NCBI GenBank assembly: GCA_001784175.1
Contig: MFPR01000012.1
Span: 1 to 64,000, forward strand
Source of the DNA: Candidatus Lindowbacteria bacterium RIFCSPLOWO2_12_FULL_62_27
Lineage (GTDB): Bacteria > Lindowbacteria > 2-12-FULL-62-27
Direction of reading: 5' to 3'
Length of the DNA stretch: 64,000 bases
Shown here piece by piece: positions 56,079-64,000 of this stretch (position 1 is the first letter of the stretch; every line of letters starts with the position of its first letter). The notes below the pieces were generated by a model. That model ran no database searches. It was not told the DNA's origin and saw only the letters and a list, made by a program, of their open reading frames with translations. Made by a program: the position numbers and the translations under genes.

Positions 56079-58324
56079 TACGGGAATAAAGGCGGGAGTG
56101 GGTAGGTGGCTGGAAAATAGTTATATGTCTTACCGATGGCATCAATGCTAAAGCGTGGATACATCCATGACGCCAATGGACCAAGCCCCACATGAATGTG
56201 CGGTTTCGGACCGCCGGGAATCTCAAATCCTACTTGATCAAATAATCCACTTGCCGACGCCAGCCGCGCCACACCCAATGGGTTTATGTCTTTGCCCTCG
56301 AACTTGTTTATTGCTCGAAAATCTGCGGCTCGACCTAAAACATGTAGATTTAACGGTAATTTTATGTCCAAAATGGATTGTTCTGCGGGAGTTTTACTGT
56401 AATAGCCGCTAATAATCTTTTGTTCTTCAAGTGTTCTATCACCACCTGTAACAATGAGATCAATCCCATGCTTGAAAGAAAAAAATCTTAGGCGGGCTAG
56501 TAGTAATTTGCTACTTATTTTGACTCCTTTGGAGAATTGTAGCGGCATAGACAATTTAGGGAATCCAACTGACCCGAATCCGAGAATATCGATTCCCGCC
56601 AATGCCCCTCCTAACGTCCCTGAACTTCCCAATGTGCTTGCCATGCCCGCCAGCAAATGCCAATTTGTTTCGAAATCAAAGGCATCCCATGCCGAGCCGT
56701 CTTCGGAACCGGCGTCGCCATCCAATAGACAATGCGCATATGCCCTGTATCTTGGATTTCCCCTTAATCTTCTACTCTCCTCTTTCCTGAGATTCTCATC
56801 CCTGTAACTTCTCCAGCCCAACATCTCTTTCCAAAATACATCGCATGTTACAATATCCTCCATTCGCTCGTCATTTCTGATCTCATGGCGCAGACCCATC
56901 GCGTCGGTGTTGGACACCGGGTTGTTCCCGAACGCCGCGTAGAGATTGATGCGCGACGGATCGGTCGCCTGCTTGGGTGTTGGGTCCTTTGACACGAACC
57001 TCCTTGCCTGCGCGTCATAAAAACGGTGTCGGAAGTAATACCAGCCAGTGACGGGGTCCTGCATCTTGCCTTGAAATCGCGTGTGATCGACGGAGTCGGC
57101 GGTCTGCATGGCGCCGTAGGGATCGATGGTTTCCAGGCTTTCGAGAAGGTTGCCGAATTCATCGCGGACAACTTTCGTAGGGAGATTCGCGGCAAAGTCC
57201 GAATAGATAGCCGTTTTCCGCGCGGCGAGATTTTCCTTCACGATCACATCGTCCTGCATCCGCGTGGGCGTGTATCGCGCCAGCACGTTGCCGCCGGCAT
57301 CCATCTCCGCCAGAATATTCTCGCTCGTTACGTCCCACACGAACCTTCGGTCGTCATTGACCAGACCCGCGTCTTTCTCGATACGCCGAACCAATCGGCC
57401 CTGCGGATCGTACGTGTAATCGACGCTGACGCGGCCCTTCACGGATTTGATCAGACGGTCGTTCCCATCCCACGTGAAAGTGATCTCCATGCCCTTGACC
57501 GACTTGCCGTTCTTTTTCACCTGTCGCATGGCAACGGCCCGGCCGTTGGCGTCATGCACGTATTCGAAGATTTTGCGCTTGCCATGTTTGCCCTTGACGA
57601 TTTCATCATCGTCCTCGCCATCGTCATCCGCGTCCGGCTTTGCGCCGTGTTTCCCCTTGCCCTTCCCTAGATTGTCCTCGTCGTCGTGGTCTTCGTTGTT
57701 GCCATGTCCCTTGTTTTTTCGTTTCTTGAACGTCACAACCTCGCGCCGCGCCAGACGGTCGGCCGCGTCAAAGGTCTGGGTGATTTCCTCGTCGTTGTCT
57801 GTGATTTTCGTAAGATTGCCGCGCGAGTCGTACGTGTATTGAAAATCGATCCCGTCAGGGCGCGTTGCGCGGATCAGCCTGTCGGAGTTGTCGTACGCGT
57901 AGGTGAATCGTCCCTCACCCCTGCCCTCTCCCCCAAGGGGAGAGGGGGATTCTACGTAGCCGATGGCTCGGCCGCGCGGATCGTATTCCCACGTCCGAAT
58001 GAATATCTGCGCGCCGAGGCGGTGCGTCTGCTTTAAGATCCAGCCGGCTGCGTTGTATTCCTTCTCTACAACCTCGCCGTTGGGAAGCGTCCTCTTTTTT
58101 TCGCGATCCTTGGAGTCGTATTCGATCGCGGTGACGCGGCCCGCTCCATCGACCACCTTAGTCACGTGCCCATGAGGGTCGTACTCGTATCGGACGGAAA
58201 TCCCGGCAAGACCGCTTAGTCCCGTAATCCGGTCTTTGGCATCCGACGTGTAGGCAAGCCCGCCAGCCACTGTACCGGAAAACAATACCACCCGACGCGA
58301 TTTCGAGGGCCGACTCGTCCGCAA
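56078..58324 (-). CDS. N-terminally truncated YD/Rhs-repeat protein with C-terminal M15-like (LAS) Zn peptidase toxin domain
   Basis: YD repeats (YEYDPHG, YTYDSRGN, YTYDPQG); core end YYFRHRFYD...RFVSKDP...NLYAAFGNNPVSNTDAMG; tip VTGGDRT...HVLGRAAD (Hx6D)...HIH. True start uncertain. Confidence 0.85.
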   Translation of the reverse strand: MRTSRPSKSRRVVLFSGTVAGGLAYTSDAKDRITGLSGLAGISVRYEYDPHGHVTKVVDGAGRVTAIEYDSKDREKKRTLPNGEVVEKEYNAAGWILKQTHRLGAQIFIRTWEYDPRGRAIGYVESPSPLGGEGRGEGRFTYAYDNSDRLIRATRPDGIDFQYTYDSRGNLTKITDNDEEITQTFDAADRLARREVVTFKKRKNKGHGNNEDHDDEDNLGKGKGKHGAKPDADDDGEDDDEIVKGKHGKRKIFEYVHDANGRAVAMRQVKKNGKSVKGMEITFTWDGNDRLIKSVKGRVSVDYTYDPQGRLVRRIEKDAGLVNDDRRFVWDVTSENILAEMDAGGNVLARYTPTRMQDDVIVKENLAARKTAIYSDFAANLPTKVVRDEFGNLLESLETIDPYGAMQTADSVDHTRFQGKMQDPVTGWYYFRHRFYDAQARRFVSKDPTPKQATDPSRINLYAAFGNNPVSNTDAMGLRHEIRNDERMEDIVTCDVFWKEMLGWRSYRDENLRKEESRRLRGNPRYRAYAHCLLDGDAGSEDGSAWDAFDFETNWHLLAGMASTLGSSGTLGGALAGIDILGFGSVGFPKLSMPLQFSKGVKISSKLLLARLRFFSFKHGIDLIVTGGDRTLEEQKIISGYYSKTPAEQSILDIKLPLNLHVLGRAADFRAINKFEGKDINPLGVARLASASGLFDQVGFEIPGGPKPHIHVGLGPLASWMYPRFSIDAIGKTYNYFPATYPLPPLFP
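57912..57948 (+). repeat. CCCTCACC-CCCTCTCCC REP-like element, in-frame inside the Rhs gene
   Basis: ccctcacccctgccctctcccccaaggggagaggggg encodes SPSPLGGEGRGEG. Confidence 0.8.
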
Positions 58325-58535
58325 CCTCTTGTGAAATCGCGGCTAAAGGGGGAAGGGATGATTCATAAGTGCCTGAAAAAAATTCCGAAATTTTGGGCGA
58401 CCCCCCTAAGCGAGTTTTGAAAATGCGGAGAACATTTTCGGCGTGGAGATCGGACAAGAGATGATCGGCGAGGAAATTCAAGCGTGGGTCCGTCGTGTGG
58501 GTGGGTTCGTCTAACACTTCCGCCGTGGCGATCAT
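58158..58535 (-). CDS. Hypothetical ORF with leaderless-type promoter, overlapping the Rhs 5' end (possibly a truncated gene at a junction)
   Basis: TTGATT-17-TAGACT-7-ATG at 58535; 3' part overlaps the Rhs ORF in another frame. Confidence 0.35.
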   Translation of the reverse strand: MIATAEVLDEPTHTTDPRLNFLADHLLSDLHAENVLRIFKTRLGGSPKISEFFSGTYESSLPPLAAISQEVADESALEIASGGIVFRYSGWRACLHVGCQRPDYGTKRSCRDFRPIRVRPSWARD

Positions 58536-58639
58536 CGAGGGAAGTCTATCGCATGGCGGTGGGAAAATCAATCGGCGCGTTATGCGGCGCGTCATGCCCA
58601 CGCGTTATGCGGCGACTTGGCGTTTTCCTTACAAATGAT

Positions 58640-58852
58640 TCAGGCGGCCTTCGAGAAATGGCGGCGGGCGTATTCCGTGATCTTGTGCATGTCGTCCAGC
58701 GAGTAGACCTGTTCTCCGCAGTCGCCGCACTCCCAATAGGTCGCGCGTGGAACGCGAATCTCCCGACGACGATGGTAATGCGTCAGCGCACCGGTCTTCC
58801 GACGGAAATTTTTTGAATCGCAGGTAGGACAGGTTTTAATTTTTAGTTCCAT
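58640..58852 (-). CDS. YgiT/MqsA-type zinc-ribbon antitoxin (no HTH)
   Basis: CPTC...VP...CGDCGEQVY; directly downstream of a small toxin-like gene. Confidence 0.8.
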   Translation of the reverse strand: MELKIKTCPTCDSKNFRRKTGALTHYHRRREIRVPRATYWECGDCGEQVYSLDDMHKITEYARRHFSKAA

Positions 58853-59180
58853 GCCGTTCTCCTTCCCAGTTTTCTCTCGATAGTTTCGCCGAAATCAGAA
58901 AGTAGAAAATTTCCTCGCCGGCTTTTTTCCGTATGGTGCCTTTGGAATATATCTCGATTCCCGAGTTTGTCGGGGCTACAATGATGTAAACCCGCTCGCG
59001 CGGATGTCGGCGGTGTTTGCTTCTCGACCGCTTGGCGCGAACTTCCGTGGCGTTGAGAATGGATTCCACCCCGTCGTCCTCCGTCAGATCGTCCAACGCC
59101 AACTCGATGCGGGCTTTTTTAGAGAACACCACTTTCCCCGTTGTTACCAATTCTTTGATCCGGGTCAGCACGTCATCCAC
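58836..59180 (-). CDS. MqsR/DUF4258-like (RelE-fold) toxin
   Basis: GTG start VDDVLTRIKELV..GKVVFSKKARIEL...IYSKG...FLISAK; TTGATT-17-TAATCT-7-GTG leaderless promoter; paired with a Zn-ribbon gene. Confidence 0.65.
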   Translation of the reverse strand: MDDVLTRIKELVTTGKVVFSKKARIELALDDLTEDDGVESILNATEVRAKRSRSKHRRHPRERVYIIVAPTNSGIEIYSKGTIRKKAGEEIFYFLISAKLSRENWEGERHGTKN

Positions 59181-59212
59181 TATCGAGAGATTACCCCGAT
59201 CCTCCGTCGAAA

Positions 59213-60196
59213 TCAATCGGGCGGTCTGGAGATCGCCGAGTCCGCCGGTCCGGCGGGTTTCATCTGCGCGGCGGGGTGCGTGGCGGCGTGGATTTTTTTG
59301 AGCTGATCGATGACGACGTGGGTATAGCGTTCGGTGGTGGCGAGTCCCTTGTGCCCGAGCATGGCCTGAATGAAACGGATGTCGGCGCCGTTTTGGTGCA
59401 TGTGAGTGGCGAAGGTGTGGCGGAAGATGTGGGAGGCGCCGCGTTTTTGGATGTCGGACTTGCGAAGGTATCCGCGGATCCATCCGTTGAGCCGGTTGCG
59501 CGGGATTTGTTTGCCGGTGTTGGATACGAATAACCAGCGCTCGTCCGGAGCGGCGACGAGCTTGTGGCGCGCGTCCTGGGTGTAGGCCGCGATCCACTGC
59601 AAGGCGCGCTCGCCGATGGGCACCACGCGATCCTTGCGGCCTTTGCCTTTTCGCACGATCACCACGCCCTGCTCGCGGACGGCGTCGTCGATCTTGAGGT
59701 TGCAAATCTCCATCCGCCTAATTCCCGTCGAGTAGAACGTCTCCATGATCGCGCGATCGCGCAGGCCCTGGGCGGTGGCGAGATTGGGCTGCGTCAAGAC
59801 GCGCTCGATTTCTTCGCGCGACAAAAAGTCCGTCGGCAGCGTGTTGTCCCGGCGCGGGATGTCGATGTCGGCGGCCGGATTATAGAGGACGAGATTTTGG
59901 CGGATGAGCCAGCGGAAAAACGATCGGATGTGGACGAGGATGGTTTGCTGATAGGCGAGACTGAGGGGGCGGTCGGTTCGCGGGTTGATCGTGTGGAACA
60001 GGTGGCGCTGATAGCGTTCGAGGATCGGGCGGGTGATGTCGGTCGGCCGGAAGATGCCGCGTTCTTCGCACCAGGCGAAAAATTTCCGCATGCTGTATTG
60101 CGAGCGGTTGATCGTGTCCTCGGAGTGGCCTTTGATGCGCGACGCCTCGGCGAACTGCTCGAAGCGCGCTTCGAATCCGGCCGGATCGCGGGGCAT
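59213..60196 (-). CDS. XerC/D-like tyrosine recombinase
   Basis: RDRAIMETFYSTGIRRME, KGKGRKDRVVP, HIFRHTFATHM..NGADIRFIQAMLGH..LATTERY. Confidence 0.95.
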   Translation of the reverse strand: MPRDPAGFEARFEQFAEASRIKGHSEDTINRSQYSMRKFFAWCEERGIFRPTDITRPILERYQRHLFHTINPRTDRPLSLAYQQTILVHIRSFFRWLIRQNLVLYNPAADIDIPRRDNTLPTDFLSREEIERVLTQPNLATAQGLRDRAIMETFYSTGIRRMEICNLKIDDAVREQGVVIVRKGKGRKDRVVPIGERALQWIAAYTQDARHKLVAAPDERWLFVSNTGKQIPRNRLNGWIRGYLRKSDIQKRGASHIFRHTFATHMHQNGADIRFIQAMLGHKGLATTERYTHVVIDQLKKIHAATHPAAQMKPAGPADSAISRPPD

Positions 60197-60222
60197 TCGC
60201 CGCTAAGGGAAGGGAAATTTTA

Positions 60223-63200
60223 CTACGACGACACCGTACTACGACGGCGGCCGTTTCCCAATATATGCGTTTTGGCCCAATTTTGCATCAGCGCGCGGGA
60301 AGCTTTCGAGGCTGTGAGGATTGCGCCGAAATTTGGCTTCCGCGAACCCGCCGCGAACCCACCGTTTTGAGGCCGTTTTGATACCGCGAGGTTGGGCTTT
60401 TCAGCCGCGAGGTGGCTGTTTTCCACCGCGAGGTTGGCGTCGTAGTTGAATGGCTCCGGCGTTTTCAGGGTCGTAACATCAATCAAACCCGGACAAAACT
60501 TGCGGCCGTCCTTGCCCTGGCCGTCGTAGAGCAGTTCATACTCGAACGAGATCCCGCGCGCGCCGCGATGGATCAGGACGTACTCCAGGTCATCCAGTTT
60601 TTTCATGTGGTCTTTCACCTGCGTGGGACTCATGCCCGCGTAGTCGCGCACGTCGCGGCGGGTGAATCGGACGTTTTCACGCGGGACGTTTTGTTCGGCG
60701 GCGCGGCGGGTCACGAGGTCGTCGAGGATCAAGAGAAGCCGACGCGTGGGCGCCGGCATTTCGTCCAGGGACCGGCCGAGGATTTCATCGGCCAGTTTAT
60801 TCGCCGCCGCGATGTCCTCCGGCGTCGATTCGATCACTTGGACGGTCTTGCCGCCGATTTTGACGGGTCGAAGCGGGCGTTGATACTGGTTGAGAAGCGT
60901 GATCGACAAAATGAGCGTGAGATATTTGGGATGGTCGCGGCGGGTTCGGATGCACGTGTCGTTAAACGTCAACTGGTCGGCGTAGGGGTTGATGACTGGC
61001 AACGGCCGCAAGAGGCGCTGGGCGTTTCGATGCCGGCGCAGGATCGCTTCGCGCTCCGCCAGCCGCACAAGTCCGGCGAGGGTGTGGCTCTGGCGCTGCA
61101 TGTCGTGGATTCGTTTCGTCTGGTCCCGATCCTCGTTGACCGTTTCGATCAGCATCCGGTTCATGAGTTCTTCCGCGATGTCCAGCTTCGTCGTCGTCAT
61201 AAACACGCTGGCGGGGCCGGGCCTTTCCTTCCGGCGCGCGATGAGGTTGCCGGTTTGCGGGTCTTTGATGGTCGCGGCGATGACGAGTTTGCCGTCGCTC
61301 ATGAAAAGTTTGATGGAGTAGCCGGCCTTGGCGGCGCCTTCTTCCTCCGCGATCGCCAGAATTTTGTGCCGGAGATCCACGTCGTCGAGATAAAAGAGGG
61401 CCTGACCCGTCATCGCGCTGAAGTCAACGACGTCCTCCGGCGGCATGAGGGACAGGATCGCGTTCATGACTGCCGTTTTGCCGGCGGCGGTCATGGATTG
61501 GACCAGCAGGTGGAGCGGCGCATCGAGTTTTCTGGACGTGGCGGCGATGTATCCGGCCAGGAGGTTCGTCGTCTCGCCCACCATGCCGATGGATTCGAAA
61601 TCGCGCGCGATTTGGGCGAGCAGGTCGGGCGATTTCAAGAACGCCAGCGCCTCATCGCGGTCCGCGTCGGTCATCGGCGGCGGCGCGTCTTTGGGCGCGA
61701 GTTTCTTTTGAATGAGCGCGTCCCGCATCACTTCGAGTTTGAGCAAGAGTTTCCGAAGGTCATCCTTGAGTACATTCTCCGGAAGGCTCATCTCCACGGC
61801 GGCGGCTTTGAGAAAGGCCGCGCGCAGATTGGCGTTGGCCAGGTCAAAGGTGTGCATATGGTAGCGATTGCCGCAGCTGACGCTGACGTTCAATTTCAAA
61901 ACGCTGTAGCTCGTGTTTTTCTCCAAGTCCCGGATCCGCCACGCGCGGCCGTCAAACGCCTCGTCCAGCAGATGGTCGTTGCCGGCCGGGATCGCCGCCG
62001 CCTCCGGCTCCGCAAGGGCCTCCGGCGGCCCACACGGGTGCATGTCCGACGCGGCCGGATCGGGCGGCGCCGGCGTCAGGGCTTCGATGGGCGCCGCCGC
62101 TTCGGGCGCGGCTAAAGGAATGGATTCATCTTTTTCCTTAGTTGCCGGCGCCGGCAGGACCGAAGGCGCAGAATCGGCGCGGGCCTGCGCCGGCGGCGCC
62201 GTCGCGCAATTTTTGCAGAGCCACGCCGCGCCGCGAAGGAGCGCCCCCAGCGCGTCGGCCGGATCGGAGACGGCGCGCGCGAAGTCGTTCGCGTCCTGGC
62301 CGTGCGGAAACTCGACGCGGAAACACTCAAAGCCCCGCGCGCACAAGATCGGCGCGAGCTTCGCCGCAGCGCGCTCGCCGGCGTCGTCGCGGTCGTAGGC
62401 GATCAACACTTTTTTGATTCCGTATTTTTTGAACGCGGCCAGATGATCCTGTGTGAATCCCTCGATCCCGTAGCTGGCCGTGACGTTGCGGTATCCCGCG
62501 CACCAGAACGTCAGCGCGTCGATCAACGCCTCGCACAAAATCACTTCGGTGGATGCGGCCAGGGCCGACACGTTCCAGACGCCTTTGTGCGGCCCGGGCA
62601 AATACAAATGTTCCGGGGCGTCCCGGCTGGTCTTTTGGATTCGACGGCCGTAGATTTCGGTCACGGCGCCGCTTTCGTCGAACACCGGAAACTCGACGCA
62701 GCCGCAAAAATGTTCCCGGAACGTTTCCCGATAAATGCCCAGACGCCGCAGCCGGTCCCGAAGGTCGCGGCCTTCCTTCACCGCCGAAAACGGCAGGCGA
62801 TAGCCGAGCGTGCGGTTGGCGTAGCCGAGTTTGAAATGGTCAAGGGCGCCGGCGTGGCCGATCCGCCGGCGTTCGAGGTAAGCCAGCGCGTCCGGCGAGT
62901 CTTTCAGGGTCTCGTGATAGAACTCGACGACCTGGCGCAGCGCCGTTTGATCGTCGGCGGTTCGTTCGATGGGCGGCGGAAGTTTTTTGACGGAGAGGGC
63001 GACCGGCGGGCGTTTGGGGTTGATCTGCGACAGCGCCACATCATGGCGGCGCAGAAGTTCGACGGCGTGCGTGAAGGACACGCCCTCCGCTTTCATCACC
63101 CACGCGATCACGTCGCCTCCGGCCTGGCACGCGCCGAGACAGTGCCAGAGATTTTTTTCCGGCGTAATCACGAGAGATGGTGAGTGATCCGAGTGGAAGG

Positions 63201-63330
63201 GACACAGGCCAATCAGGTCCTTTCCGTGGGGTTTCAATTCGACGCCGCGGCGTTGTGCCAGGTCCGCGACGCTCACGTCGCGTTTGATTCGGTCGAGTTC
63301 TTCTTGCGGGATTCGCCGGCGTGCTCCCAT
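60223..63330 (-). CDS. CHC2 zinc finger + Toprim primase fused to a P-loop ATPase/helicase-like domain
   Basis: CPFH.D..PSL...WHCLGAC; LCEALIDAL...AYDRDDAG (Toprim); QSMTAAGKT Walker A-like; AIAEEEG. Confidence 0.88.
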   Translation of the reverse strand: MGARRRIPQEELDRIKRDVSVADLAQRRGVELKPHGKDLIGLCPFHSDHSPSLVITPEKNLWHCLGACQAGGDVIAWVMKAEGVSFTHAVELLRRHDVALSQINPKRPPVALSVKKLPPPIERTADDQTALRQVVEFYHETLKDSPDALAYLERRRIGHAGALDHFKLGYANRTLGYRLPFSAVKEGRDLRDRLRRLGIYRETFREHFCGCVEFPVFDESGAVTEIYGRRIQKTSRDAPEHLYLPGPHKGVWNVSALAASTEVILCEALIDALTFWCAGYRNVTASYGIEGFTQDHLAAFKKYGIKKVLIAYDRDDAGERAAAKLAPILCARGFECFRVEFPHGQDANDFARAVSDPADALGALLRGAAWLCKNCATAPPAQARADSAPSVLPAPATKEKDESIPLAAPEAAAPIEALTPAPPDPAASDMHPCGPPEALAEPEAAAIPAGNDHLLDEAFDGRAWRIRDLEKNTSYSVLKLNVSVSCGNRYHMHTFDLANANLRAAFLKAAAVEMSLPENVLKDDLRKLLLKLEVMRDALIQKKLAPKDAPPPMTDADRDEALAFLKSPDLLAQIARDFESIGMVGETTNLLAGYIAATSRKLDAPLHLLVQSMTAAGKTAVMNAILSLMPPEDVVDFSAMTGQALFYLDDVDLRHKILAIAEEEGAAKAGYSIKLFMSDGKLVIAATIKDPQTGNLIARRKERPGPASVFMTTTKLDIAEELMNRMLIETVNEDRDQTKRIHDMQRQSHTLAGLVRLAEREAILRRHRNAQRLLRPLPVINPYADQLTFNDTCIRTRRDHPKYLTLILSITLLNQYQRPLRPVKIGGKTVQVIESTPEDIAAANKLADEILGRSLDEMPAPTRRLLLILDDLVTRRAAEQNVPRENVRFTRRDVRDYAGMSPTQVKDHMKKLDDLEYVLIHRGARGISFEYELLYDGQGKDGRKFCPGLIDVTTLKTPEPFNYDANLAVENSHLAAEKPNLAVSKRPQNGGFAAGSRKPNFGAILTASKASRALMQNWAKTHILGNGRRRSTVSS

Positions 63331-63433
63331 ATTTCCCTTAGCTGCCTCTCTGCCCGAAATCGGGCGGTTTTGGAAAACGTGTCAAGGGGGTCGCTTCAAA
63401 AATTCGCTCTTTTTACGACCATCTAAAAACGAC

Positions 63434-63466
63434 TTGACTTATAGACCATTTGGTCTATACTGTCAA
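63434..63466. promoter_or_regulatory. Fully overlapping divergent sigma70 promoters with palindromic operator TATAGACCA-TT-TGGTCTATA
   Basis: Plus strand TTGACT-16-TATACT toward XRE; minus strand TTGACA-17-TATAAG toward the primase; perfect 9-bp inverted repeat at 63440-63459. Confidence 0.75.
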
Positions 63467-63512
63467 GCGTTATTTTGGAGAGGGTCTATCTGCAACTAAA
63501 AGGAGGAATACA

Positions 63513-63929
63513 ATGGACGTGGAAAAAAATTGTGAAGGAGTGATGTCTATGCCACGTCCACCGTCCAAGGCGTCGCGGAGGGATGCGAAATATAATCAAG
63601 AATTGGCCGAACGAATCAAAGCAGTCCGTAAGTCCCGAGGTTTAACGCAGGCAGAACTGGCGGAGAGAATCGGAGAAACGCAAAGGGCTCTTAGCCACTA
63701 CGAAATGGCTCAGCGCAGGCTACCGGCGGAGACTCTCTTGAAAATTGCACAGACATTACGAGTTCCAATGACAGAGTTGACCAATGGAAAGTATGTATCA
63801 CCGCCCAAAAATGGCCGAAAGCTTCGCGCGATCGTGGAAAAAATAGAAACGCTACCACCCAAAAAGCAACAGCAAGTTGTCGATTACATCGCGTTCATTT
63901 CCCAGAATGGCCAGCGCGTAGCAGCCTAA
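63513..63929 (+). CDS. XRE-family HTH transcriptional regulator
   Basis: AGGAGG RBS; LAERIKAVRKSRGLTQAELAERIG...LSHYE...LLKIAQTL. Confidence 0.9.
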   Translation: MDVEKNCEGVMSMPRPPSKASRRDAKYNQELAERIKAVRKSRGLTQAELAERIGETQRALSHYEMAQRRLPAETLLKIAQTLRVPMTELTNGKYVSPPKNGRKLRAIVEKIETLPPKKQQQVVDYIAFISQNGQRVAA

Positions 63930-64000
63930 CCCGAAAAAGAAAAACCCCGAAGTCGTCGAGCCGCATCACGCGAATGTGATTGAAGTCGCGTCGCCTATGA

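Larger units (their letters stand above)
54990..64000. mobile_element. Integrative element: XRE - primase/ATPase - tyrosine recombinase - TA - Rhs toxin/immunity (boundaries not identified)
   Basis: Gene content and order; composition shift in the cargo; no att sites confidently seen. Confidence 0.7.

Noticed and set aside
60202-63342. GCTAAGGGAA inverted pair flanking the primase gene
   Set aside because: Only 10 bp, and one copy doubles as the primase RBS; insufficient support.
38-63499. Numerous long plus-strand and alternate-frame ORFs (e.g. 23741-25315, 31436-33553, 52308-53993, 60412-62115)
   Set aside because: Antisense or frame shadows of well-supported genes in high-GC DNA; Arg/Ala-rich with no motifs.
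1-64000. tRNA/rRNA genes and taxonomic assignment
   Set aside because: No cloverleaf or rRNA signature seen; the lineage cannot be assigned without a database search.

Overview
High-GC bacterial window, almost all genes on the minus strand, in four blocks. (1) 1-22.3 kb: a cluster of giant secreted modular proteins. A 3619-aa Zn-dependent phospholipase C/P1-nuclease-fold protein and a ~2090-aa M6 metalloprotease each end in a near-identical X-module+dockerin. They are followed by two paralogous cohesin+Fn3 proteins, one of which is a long Ig-repeat scaffold running off the left edge. I infer a cellulosome-like surface complex with non-glycolytic (protein/phospholipid/nucleic-acid degrading) enzymes. 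Three decayed copies of a leaderless antitoxin+PIN toxin cassette are interspersed. (2) 22.4-28.7 kb: an unusual nitrate/nitrite assimilation operon with a sulfite-oxidase-family Mo domain fused to a NifI2-like PII, two NifI1-like PII proteins, a NarK transporter and a NirB-N/NirA-type fused nitrite reductase. No canonical nitrate reductase, nirD or nif genes are in the window. (3) 29-54.7 kb: nrdJ followed by a 19-gene purine+pyrimidine super-operon, each preceded by a near-identical purine (guanine-type) riboswitch. (4) 55-64 kb: an integrative element with XRE regulator, CHC2/Toprim primase-ATPase, tyrosine recombinase and MqsR/YgiT-like TA pair, carrying a truncated Rhs toxin with an M15-type peptidase tip and a membrane-anchored putative immunity gene. 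Two palindromic repeat families are inserted in-frame inside coding genes. All family calls are from motif recognition by eye; no database search was run.
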